Assembly: GCF_000143415.4 (NCBI RefSeq)
Contig: NW_003314297.1
Location: forward strand, 496,001-560,000
DNA: 64,000 nt
Source of the DNA: Selaginella moellendorffii
Taxonomy: Eukaryota; Plantae; Lycopodiophyta
Reading direction: 5' to 3'
Every line of letters starts with the position of its first letter. The first letter of the stretch is position 1. The notes under the pieces are model-generated. The model made no database searches and was not told the origin of the DNA. It was given only the letters and a program-made list of their open reading frames with translations. This document shows, piece by piece, positions 10,174-20,964 of this stretch. A program made the position numbers and the translations under genes.

Positions 10174-12911
10174 TCAAAAGTCCTCTCTAACCGGCTCTGG
10201 ACGAACATCCAGCAGCCGCACAGGCTTGGTCATGTCCAACACTTTGCGATGATCCTCGCCGAAAATCTCCGCCGCGTTCTTCTCCGAGACCTCCACCACG
10301 AGCTGCGGGCCTCCCCTCGCCGGGTACACCACTCTCGTGTTCTCGCCACTGCTCTCCGCCGCCGGGTACGTTAGCATGAGCCGGATATATCCAGCCGACC
10401 ATGGAACGCTGCTCGAGCTTCTCACGAACTCCTCGAACGCCTGCCTCTTGGCCTGCTGGATCCCAGCGTCCTTTCTCGGCGGATCGCCCCTCCAGGCCGT
10501 GTAGGCCGCCTCTGGATCCGTGCAGTGCATCGCCCCCGCGTAAGATCTCGTCCTGTGCTTGTACTTCACGTAAACTCCAGAGCCGATCGTTCGCCCGTCA
10601 CGGAAGCGCACGAAGAAGAATGCGTCGGGGCCGGCCATGCCCTCGCAGATGAGGAGTGGAGCTCTCGACTCGTCCGGCTGGCTCATGAACTCCAACAGCC
10701 CCGCGTTGATGCTTCCGGCCTGGACCCAGGGGCCGGTCGCCTTCTCGGCGTTGACGATGCTAGCCGGCTGCTGGAAGATCTCCGGGAGCTCCACGCCTTT
10801 GAAGAGAGCGTGCTGGTGTAGCGGGGTGGCGCCATCGAAGAGCTTCACCAGGTCGTCGAAGAGGTGCATCTCCCACAGCCTGCCTTTGCCTTGGACGAGC
10901 GACGAGACTCTGAGCTCCTGGAGCAGCTCCGCGTCGGCGCTGAAGTGCTTGTGGAGGACTTTGACGATGAGCGGCTCGTCGATCTGTGCCGAGACCATCA
11001 CCCCGGGGGCGGCCAGGCACTCTCCCGTGGCCGGGTCGTCGACTGGAATGGTTTGCATGCGCGCGAAGCCGAGGTAGACCATTTTCATCTCTTTCACCGT
11101 GATGGCCTGGAAGGTGTCACCCCACCACGCGAACGCCCTGTAGACGTTCCTCACCAGATCGTAAGTAGTCCTGTCGATAACTCTCATCTCCTTGAGCACG
11201 TAGGCGTGGGTGTGCCTCGCATCGATCTTCTCTAGCGCGTGAGTCTCGTAGTCCCGGATGCAGTTCTCCACTGACTTGTACGTCGTCGGCTTCGAGTTTG
11301 GATCCAGGCCACCGAGAAGCCCCTCGACGCAGTTGACCAGCGGCCGCATCCTTCCGCTCCAGGTCCACAGCAGAGCCCGGCACTCCTCCACTGTGACTTG
11401 CATGAACGTGTCCAGGTATGCCTTTAGTTGCATCTCGTTCTCCCATACCGAGAAGTCGGCAAACTTGACGGTTGGAGTCTGCTTGAGAGGTCCCAGGAGG
11501 CTCGTCTTGTCCTCGAGCATCTCCAGGCCCGAGCCGCAGATCACCAGCTCGTGTCCCTTGAGAGTTTCGCTTGGAAAGAGCATTGCCTTCACCATCGGGT
11601 AGTAAATGGAGATGGGAACCAGGTGGCTCTTTCGCAGAGGGAAAACGTTGGGCCGGCAATGGAAGAGGACGTGAGCTTCTTCGAGCACGACTCTGAGCTT
11701 GGGAACCCCGTACTGGAGGTGTGCCCAGACTTTGTCAATCTGACGGGTCATGTCGTCGTTCTCGTATTCCCCGCACAATACTGCCGTGAGCTCTCGGAAG
11801 ATATCCATCCCAGTCATTCGAGGTCCTTCCACCTACAAAAAAACAAGCTCTTAGACAGAAACAAGGAAGACAAACAAAGTCTAGCTTGCCTGAAGCTGGA
11901 GAAAGATATAAGGATTAAACCCTGGAACACGCAGCCGGAAGATATAGTCGAGGACCAGCATTCTTCCCAGCAGCAACGCGCGTGCGTGTTGCTCGGCTAT
12001 GACGTCCCGCTTTGGAACGTCGTAAACGTCGTCCATAAGAACTTGCATCATACGTTGGCAGTAGACTGTGTCGCCCGACCCCCGGTTAACTTCGCTCTCC
12101 GCCGTGTAGTAGAATCCATACTCGTTGGAGAGAAGCTCAAACATGCACCGTGTTTTTCCACAGCCGGGAGCTCCCAAAACCATCACGAACTTGTCCTCTG
12201 TCTCTCGCAGCAGCTGCTCAATTCTCTGTGTCTCGGGCTTGCGGTTCTCGAGGCCCTGCCACTGTAGAAGCGGCCTTCCTCTTGCCTCTGGCAATGGCAA
12301 CTTAGCTCGCTGGTGCCGATAGGTTCTTAGGCCGGATTTTCCCTGAGCAAACCTTGCAATAAATTCGGCGATGGTCATGTTGTTATTAAGTTTGGTGTCG
12401 AGGTATTTTTTCCATGGCTCATCTGCAAGGGAGAACAAGACAGAATGAATCTCGCAAAACCAGGAAAAACAACACAAACTTCGAGAACTAGAACGAAAGT
12501 GTACCAGTTCTTAGATCATAGTCGGGAGGGCGGATTTTTTTTACTTTGACGGACCCAGGAAAGGCTTCAGCGTACCTGGAACAAGCAAAACCATCAATCG
12601 ATCCTTCACGAATAAAAGCCAAAACAAATTATTTCACTTCGCCTGGAACGATCCACCCTCGACTGCTCGAGCGGCTGGCCCGGAGTAGAATCGCCGCTGC
12701 CTGCGACCCCAGGGATAGGGATATGCTGCCCAAAAAATCCACACACACGCTCGATTCAGACCAATGCGCGACCGAAATCCCGAAATGCAGGCTCAAATCG
12801 ATCGAAGAACGCACCTGTTTTCGCCATTCGACCGGGCGGAGTGGAATGGAGCGATGGCGGCGAGCCGCCGAGCCAGGGCTTGAGGAGAATGGCCATCTTC
12901 GCCTGCGCCAT
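10174..12911 (-). CDS. Crinkler-type (CR) P-loop NTPase + PD-(D/E)xK restriction-endonuclease-fold protein with putative organellar presequence; 5 predicted exons
   Basis: Walker A GAPGCGKTR followed by MFELLSNEYGFYY, then RGSGD, Walker B-like VVLEEAH, ICGSGL, SGRMR. C-terminal GRLWE...AGPDAFFFV...VYVK. The two long ORFs join in frame via a GC-AG intron (11889-11833). Three short upstream exons splice in frame from ATG 12911. Confidence 0.7.
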
Positions 12912-12987
12912 GGATAAACCCTGCCAAAAACCCTAGCTCTTTGAGTAGTATATTCGCTTCTTATCTCATTGGAGGGTTTCCTTTAGC

Positions 12988-14092
12988 ATGGAGGAGGAGC
13001 GCTCGCCTCCTCCTTTGAAGAACTGCTATTGGGTTCTTCGCCATGGTCGCAGCGTGCCAAACGAGATTGGTCTCATCGTTTCTCACAAGGTACTTCCCTC
13101 GATCCATAGCTACAAGTCAAGGTAGTGAGAAGAAATGGTCAAAAGAAAAAATTCGCTGCCTCGTTACTTTGGAGTATAGATCAAGGCATGGATCTAAACT
13201 TACTTGGATTGCGAAAAAAATCATAGATCATGCTTTCAACTTAGCGATGGTGTATAGTTTTATTTTCTCCAATTTTCACTTTCCAACTTGATTGATTTTG
13301 ATTGTAGAGCAATGGGACATTACCTCAGCATGGCCTCGCCGAGGGGGGATTCGTTCAAGCCAAGGCTGCTGGCGAGATCTTTGTTAAGGTACCGATTCTT
13401 CTCAAGAGAAAAACGCCCCTGAGAAAACTTTTGTAGCAACTCGAAGAGCACGGCAGCTTTAAGAACGTCGCCATTTACTCTTCGCCCTTCACGCGGACCA
13501 TGGAGACTGCAAACTGCGTAGCTGAAGTTCTCAAGCATGCATACGAAAATTTGGAGATCAGAGTAAGTCCTTTGCATTTCCTTGTTTGTAAGACAAAGAA
13601 GAATTCTCTCGTTGATTCAGGTCTTGGATGAGCTGCGTGAGAGGTACTTCGGGCCAGCTCTAGAGCTGCAGTCTCATCTTCACGTAGAAAGTTTGCTGTT
13701 TTTTTTTTCTCGCTCTGTCTTTAAGCTCCATTTACCATGACAGTATCCCGAGATCTGGGAAATCGATGCGCGAAACCCACTCGTTGGCCCCGAAGGTGGT
13801 GAAAGCGTAGCCGATGTTGCAAAGCGAGTAGCCGCAGTGATTCCTCAGCTCGAGTTACAACACGAAGGGTAGGCAAAACATGAAGTCTTTATTTCACTTT
13901 CGATGGAGCTTTTGCTGTTGCAGTTATGCTATATTGCTTGTAAGTCATGGTGACACACTCCAGATCCTTCAAACTATAACAAAGGCCGCGGAGGTAAGCA
14001 GGATCAAAACGGACAGTGAGGAATACGTCTCCATTCTTTCCCAGCATCGAAAGTTTGCACTGCTCACTGGAGAACTTAGACGGCTTGCATGA
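12988..14092 (+). CDS. Histidine phosphatase / phosphoglycerate-mutase-like protein, copy 1
   Basis: YWVLRHGRSVPN (RHG motif), YSSPFTRTMET, LRERYFGP, GPEGGES, ILLVSHGDTLQIL; several GT-AG introns. Confidence 0.88.
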
Positions 14093-14335
14093 CTATTCTT
14101 TTATTTTTATTTTTATTTTTCTCACACACAAACATTGAAACACTTGATAAAAACTTTAAGCTTTATTTTCATTTTTTCTTTCTTTTCTTACAAACTTTTC
14201 TCTGCTTGTTTTTGGCAGAAATCAAATGTCCTTTGGAGTATTCCAAGCACAAAGGGCCGGCAGACTTTGTCTTTGTGTGTTGGATTATCTCTTCTAACAT
14301 TAATTTGTTGCAAAGTCTTTGTCTTTGTTAAAGCT

Positions 14336-15276
14336 ATGGAGCTTCCCGATCTTCACAACAAGTATTGGGTGCTCAGGCATGGACGAAGCGTTCCCAACGA
14401 GTTGGATCTAATCGTCTCACACGAGGTTCGCTCGCTCTCGAAGCTTTATCATTTTCTCACCAGTGGTTTTACCAGGCTAATGGAGTTCTGCCTGGGTATG
14501 GGCTTGCTCCTCAGGGCCTTGTGCAAGCAAGAAACGCTGGCAAAATCTTCGTCAAGGTGATGATGGATATCAGCTCTCGAATTAAGTTGTCCTTTTTTCA
14601 TTCTTTCTTCCTGACAGGAACTCAAGAAATTTAGTCTAGACAATGTCTGGATCTATTCTTCCCCGTTTAGCCGCACGATCCAAACATCTGAGTGCGTTTT
14701 GGAAGCGGTGGATGCAAGCTTTGAGAATACACGGATTCATGTAAGGCATAGATTTTCTCTTTTTCACTTTCCTATTGTTTGAACTTTAAAGTATAAAAAC
14801 TTTTCTTGTCATTCAGGTTCTTAGTGAGCTTAGGGAGCGATACTTTGGGCCATTCTATGAACTAAAGTCGCGCTTGGAGGTACTTATCTTTGTTTTATCT
14901 CAAAGTATAGATGCATTTTTCTTGTTTCAGTACTCTCACGACGATAGAAAGGATCCCTTTGTTGGGCCTGAAGGCGGTGAAAGTGTCATGGACGTGTACG
15001 AGAGAGTGCTCAAAGCAATTCATGAAATCGAGCGACAAACGCACGGGTAAGGAAAAAAATCATTGCCGCAAGTTTTGTGTAGTGATTTTGCTAAAATTTT
15101 GAACTTCCAGGTCTGCTGTTTTGATTGTTGGCCATGGTGATGTTCTTCAAATCCTCCAGGCAGTAGTGGACTACAGGAGCTCAAAAAAGCTCAGAACATA
15201 TGAAGAACTTGCCAGTAGCTTGTCCAAACACAAGAGATTTGAGCTTTCTAATGGCGAGCTTAGAGAGCTCAATTAG
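14336..15276 (+). CDS. Histidine phosphatase / phosphoglycerate-mutase-like protein, tandem copy 2
   Basis: YWVLRHGRSVPN, YSSPFSRTIQT, LRERYFGP, GPEGGES, VGHGDVLQIL. Same intron positions as copy 1. Confidence 0.85.
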
Positions 15277-15493
15277 TCATTTTATGTTTTATATTTTTCC
15301 GCTTTCTAACTAAATATTAGTTTTTTATTCAAATAGACATGTGCCATAAAGCGAGAAATAGTTATTGAATTGACACAAACTTCGCATCTCCCAACCATTC
15401 AATCGAAAGATCCTGTGGAACAAACGTAGATACAGTCTAACAACCTCAAGGATTCACTAACCTCTAACAAAGAACAATTACCACAAAGCACAA

Positions 15494-15644
15494 CCAATGA
15501 CTGTGCGGCACGTGGATAAGAATGCCACGCCACCATGCCAGTCAGTAGTGCCACGTGATTTGCTGACGTGTGTAGTGAGTCAGAGCCAGCTACCGTACCA
15601 ACGCAGTAACGAGCGTCAGATCGCCCTGCCATCGCATATAAATA
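15494..15644 (+). promoter_or_regulatory. Probable CYP703 promoter: CCAAT, two G-boxes, TGACGTG, TATA
   Basis: CCAAT 15494, CACGTG at 15509 and 15552, TGACGTG 15564, TATAAATA ~15637, upstream of the P450. Confidence 0.5.
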
Positions 15645-16098
15645 CGTTGGCATACCTTCACATTCACACGCTCCCGCTCCCTCACAGAAAACCACACGTC
15701 TCGCCGTCACGCCCTCGCGAGTGAGGGGCCAAAGATTCTCCTCCTGGTTTCTCCCAGTTGAGAATATCCGATCTATCAGCGATGTAATGAAAGCAAAGGG
15801 GTGGTGTGGTGGTGTGGTGGTGTGGAGCATTTAAAAACCTAAGCATTGTTTTTTCTTTCTTGCTGGGGCTGTGCTCTCTTTTTTCACGGCCAAGCCGGAG
15901 GAGCTCTGGCATTCTTTGACTTGATCGACTTTTTTCAATGCAGCGCCGCTAGATCATCGAGACGTCGCGAGGGAGAGCTAAAAAAATAAGGGAAGATCCA
16001 GGTTTCTTGTCTCCATTCTCAGCGGTGTTCTTGATGATCACTTAAGAGTGCCCATTCCGCAATCCAGATAGATAGAGCAGTAGAGGTCCTACCCTGTG

Positions 16099-18061
16099 AT
16101 GGATTCATCGGTATTCCAAGCGATTGTGGCGGCCTTCTTTCTATCCCTCTCGCTCATCCACTTCCTCTTCTTTAGACCGATCAGGCCGGGAGCCAAGAGC
16201 AATGTAGATCCAGGCGTGAAAGGGAGGGATCGTCGCCAGCGATTGCATCTCCCCCCGGGTCCCAAACCATGGCCAGTCATCGGCAATCTCCTCCAGATCG
16301 GCCCCTTCCCCCACAAGAGCATGATGGAATTCACGCGCCGCCACGGCCCGCTCGTCTATCTCAAGCTGGGCGTGGTCCCCACGATCGTGACCGACAGCCC
16401 CGCGATCATCCGCGACATCCTCATCAAGCAAGATCACATCTTCGCGTCGCGGCCGGAGAACATCGCGTGCCAGTACTTCACGTACAATGGCCGCGACATC
16501 GCCTTCGCCCCGTACGGCCAGCACTGGCGGGCAATGCGTAAGATTTGCACGCTGGAGCTCCTCTCGCCGCGGAAGATCGCCTCCTTCCGCGACGGCCGCT
16601 GCCAGGAGCTCAATCTCATGGTGGAGAGCGTCTTCCAGGATCTCGGGAGGGAGGACGGATCATCGCCCACGACGCACAAGATCAATCTCCGCGACAAATT
16701 CGCGAGCTTGTCCTGCAACATCCTCACGCGGATGCTCCTGGGCAAGCGGCACTTCGGCCCGGGCGCCGCCGGGCCCGAGGACGCCGCCGAGCACAAGCAG
16801 ATGATCTACGAGGGCTTCGCGCTGGTGAACGCGTTCAATGTGGCCGACTACCTCCCCTTCCTGCGCGCGTTTGATCTGCAGGGCCACGAGAGGAAGATGC
16901 GGCGGATCATGCAGCGCACGGACGAGGTCTACGACGAGATCATCGAGGAGCATCGCCAGAAGCTCGCCAAGAACAGCGGGCGATCTTGCCAGGAACAGCA
17001 GGGGGCCAGCTTCGTGGATGTTTTGCTGTCGGTGCCTGGCGCCAATGGCGAGAAGCAGCTGTCCACGACGACCATCAAGGCGATCATGATTGTAAGTGCC
17101 CACCACCTTTTTGCTTGCTGGCTTGCTTGCTTTCCTCTCGTGTTTGGGTCTTGCAGCATTTGCCGTCTAGCGGCATTTGCTGCCGATGCAACTTACCGTC
17201 GCTCGTGTGGAACGTCTTTGCTTGAAAAACTGCGGTTAACAATCTAGTGAATGCCGTTGTTAGTTGGTGAATAGGTGCTTACCCTAAAAGGCCCTTTTCC
17301 TGCTTTTTCTCTGGTCAAACATGGGTTAACTGTTGTGCTTGTGGCATATGCCCTTAAAGGACATTTGCTACTTTCTCGGGCGGCGAGTTAATGCGTTCTT
17401 TTCTGCTTCTTTTCGCTGGTTTTTCCAGGACATGCTCTCGGCGGGAACAGACACCTCGTCCGTGATCAGCGAGTGGGCGATGGCCGAGCTGGCACGGCAC
17501 CCGCGAGAGATGGCCAAGGTCCGCGAAGAACTCGACGCGGCGGTGGGCGTTGACCGGCCCGTTGACGAGTCGGACGTGGTCAACCTCAACTATCTCAAGG
17601 CGGTGGTGAAGGAGATCTTCCGGCTCCACCCGGTGGGCGCGTTCCTTATCCCGCATTTCTCCACTGAGGACACGCGGATCGGCGGCTACGACATCCCCAA
17701 GAACACGCGCATCCTCGTCAACACGTACTCGCTTGGGAGGAGCCGATCGGTGTGGGGCGACGACGTGCATCTCTTCCGCCCCGATCGCTTCCTCGCCTCG
17801 CCGGGCGATCTCTCGTCCCAGATCGTGGAGCTCATGGACTCGGAGTGCCGGGTGGTGCCGTTTGGGGCCGGGCGGAGGAGCTGCCCCGGCGCGTCGCTGG
17901 GGTCGTGCATGGTGGTGATGGGGCTGGCGAGATTGATCCAGAGGTTCGATTGGAGCGCACCGCCAGGGGAGGAGATTGATGTGAGCGAGCGAGTGGGATT
18001 CACGGTGCTGGACAAGCCGCTGGAGCTCGTCGCCAAGCCGAGGGAGTGCGTAAATTTCTAG
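16099..18061 (+). CDS. CYP703: Cytochrome P450, CYP71 clan, CYP703 family (divergent); exons 16099-17091 and 17429-18061
   Basis: LPPGPKPWPVIGNLLQIGPFPH, GPLVYLKLG, QDHIFASRP, AGTDTS, EIFR, LHPVGAFLIPH, heme motif PFGAGRRSCPG; single intron before the I-helix. Confidence 0.8.
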
Positions 18062-18386
18062 CTCAACTCAAGGTGGATCGATCTTTGGTTCTTCTTCGAT
18101 TTCTTGCCGCAAGGGCGATCGTGGATTCTTTCATTTCGTCATGTAGGATCAATTCTCTCATTGTTTGCAGAGGCTTTGCTTTTATCTAGTCCAAGGCCGT
18201 GAATGAAAGAAGACCCCAGTCAACGTCTTTGACTGGGCGGGACTAGAAAGTCAACTCAACTAGAATGCGTGAAACCTCTTTGAGCTGCTAGAGCCATGGT
18301 AAACGAGATACAAAGACACTCGCCAAGAACAAGAGCGAAAAATAAAGCCCATCTTGGAACTTCTCTCAGAGATTTTTTTTCTGCTA

Positions 18387-18653
18387 CTACTTGCCGGTGT
18401 TCATCATGAGCGTGATGTTATCGCCCTTGAGGAGGATCCGGCCCAGCGGCTTGCGGGACTTCTTCTTGAGCGAGATCTCGTAGGCGTCGTCCAGTACCAG
18501 ATTCATGTACTCGTCAAACCCTATGATCCGGCCCTCGATTCTCAAATCCTTCTGCTCAAACAGCCACACCTGGATCGTCGCCTTGCTCTGCAGGAACCGG
18601 AAGATGAGATTGATGGGCTGGGTCATGATCCGCTGGACTTTGGAGGTCGCCAT
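18387..18653 (-). CDS. SmE: Small nuclear ribonucleoprotein E, intronless CDS
   Basis: [22 protein letters not shown]...[12 protein letters not shown]...[19 protein letters not shown]. Confidence 0.95.
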   Translation of the reverse strand: MATSKVQRIMTQPINLIFRFLQSKATIQVWLFEQKDLRIEGRIIGFDEYMNLVLDDAYEISLKKKSRKPLGRILLKGDNITLMMNTGK

Positions 18654-18739
18654 GGCTGCCGCGCGCGCTTCTCCTCCGCCTTGCCGAGAGCCCTAAAATA
18701 AATCTGCAAGAATCCTAATTTCTTCTGGTTATTTGGGCA

Positions 18740-19826
18740 ATGGCGGCAGCGGGGCGCCTGGCGGTGGGATGCGCCGTCGCGTGGCGGAAATCCGTGGCGC
18801 CACGGAATGGATTTCGATCGAGATTGAATGCGGGCGTATTCCGGCAGCAGCAGCAGCGAGGATTTCAAGTGATAACGGCAGCTAGACGGCTGTTCACGGA
18901 GCTGAAGAAGATACGGGAGGAAGCCGATGGTGAGATTGCGTGGTATGCGGTTCTTGCCTCCTGATTTTCTTGTTTCCTCGCAGCTGGCCCCGTGGAATTC
19001 GATTCCAATCTCAGCATTGTCTTGTATCCCGATCCCAAGCTCCGCGCGAGGAACATCCGCATCAACTCCTTTGATGATAACCTCAAGAAGCTTGTCGATG
19101 AGATGCTGGACGTGATGTACAGGTATGTTCTTCCCGAATTTCATCGCTGCCAAACGCTGGCATGCTTTGTTTTCTTGTCTTCTTTTCTTTTTTGCCAGGA
19201 CAGATGGAGTAGGCTTGTCCGCTCCACAGGTAGGCGTCAATGCCAGGCTCATGGTCTTTAATCCCGAGGGTGAAAGAGGCAAAGGCAAAGAGTACGTTTT
19301 CGTGAATCCAATGATTGTCAAGTTTGGGAAAGAGCGAGAAGCTGATAGAGAAGGATGCCTATCTTTTTACAGCGCTCAAGCCGATGTCGAGGTACTATTC
19401 CTTTGTACTTGAGATTCTCTTTTATGGTTTATGTCTTTGTTCCCAGAGACCGATATCGATCCGAGTCGAAGCTCAAGATATCAACGGGAAGAAATTCGGT
19501 ACCACCTTCAGGGGCTGGACTGCTCGAATTTTCCAACATGAGTATGATCACCTGGAGGTAAGGTCTCGTTTGGTTTCTTCTGTGCAGACATCAAGGTGGC
19601 CGTGGTATTTGTTCGCACAGGGTGTCCTCTACATCGACCGGATGACTCCAAAAGCATTGAACTCCATTGGAAAAGAACTTTTGGTACTGTTGCCTGTATA
19701 GATTCCATTGTTGTATGTTCTCTCACGGCTTTGTTGCAGAATCTGGAAGAGGAGTTTGAGAAGAGAACTGGGACGCCTCGTCCCGAGTCGGTTAAAGACA
19801 AACTGTTAAGCTCAGTAGCGTCTTGA
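18740..19826 (+). CDS. PDF1B: Organellar peptide deformylase 1B, multi-exon
   Basis: Transit peptide; YPDPKLR, DGVGLSAPQVG, EGCLS, ARIFQHEYDHL. Confidence 0.92.
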
Positions 19827-20964
19827 AATGCAAAGTGTTTGTTCTGGAAAGGTGCTCGGTTCGATTACGTTCTTTGCGCTCCGTTTGAACTTACCGGAAA
19901 TTTCGGCTGGCGCTGAAGATGGAATCTAATCGAGCGGTGAGCGCCTTGCTTATATTTCCATCGTAGAGAGTTGAACCTTTTCTCTTTTCTTTTCTTGTGT
20001 GTTATTTTTTCAGAGTTGCTGTCGACGATCCCGCGCCACACGAGCTACCATCTGGCCAGATGGCTGACCTTCAAATCATCCTGGTTGACGTAGAATCAGG
20101 GCACTGACTACCTCCAAAGTGGTGAAGATGGCCCGAAATAAGTGTGAAGAACGAAGCGAGAAACATTGGCCCATTAGGCGGTGCGTGGCGTAGCCCAAGG
20201 AGGAGCTCTTGTTTTCCTGGAGTTCTTTTGTCTCCAATAACGCAGCAGACACAAGGAAGTTCCGAATTTTCTGGGAGGAGTCCCGCAGAGCTGTGAAGGG
20301 AGACATCGGCTCGTGACGTTCTCGGGCAGCTTCTCCACCAGATTTCGGTCAGATTATCGCTCAGAACTTTGTCTCAGGGAGAGAGAATCTGGAAGTCATC
20401 TCTCAGCCTCAGGCATTAACACCTTTGGGACGACTTAAAAAATCTCAAGTACTTGTCGTCACTCGGGTTCAATTCACGCAAAGTACTCGAGGAACGCTAC
20501 GGCAGAAAATAAGTGCGGGCGAGAAAGCGGAGGATGCGTATCCCGGCAGGCGACAAGGAGGCAAAAACGCGGATACATCCGGAAAAGCAGGTGTCTCAGC
20601 ATGGGGAGCCAGCAGCCGAAATCCAAACGCAACGACAGAGGTGGCAACAGCAGATATGAGATGATCGAGTACAGGAGACGACGGCCAGGAGGCTGACACG
20701 AAGGAGATCGGCGTGGAAGGACAACATCCGAGGTAGTGTTTGTTTTGACGAAAATGACTAGGGGCCTAATTTTGTGTTTTTGACAACAAAAACGTGCTGC
20801 AGGATACGTGCAGGACTAGTTAGCAGCCAGCTCGCATTGACTGAATTTTCCAAACACATTCCTCTTTGTAAGGAGTTGTGGTAAGTCGGAATTTCATGTT
20901 TTAAAGCTATCCTCTTATTCTTCTCTTCGCTCTTGAACTTTCCCATCGTGAGGCTCCTTTCAGG

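Noticed and set aside
10401-12322. Many overlapping + strand ORFs
   Set aside because: Antisense shadows of a GC-rich CDS; the same applies to ORFs over CYP703, the kinase and SSL.
20425-20731. N-terminal coding extension of the lipase
   Set aside because: Stops in all three frames near 20657-20696; treated as UTR or decayed exon.
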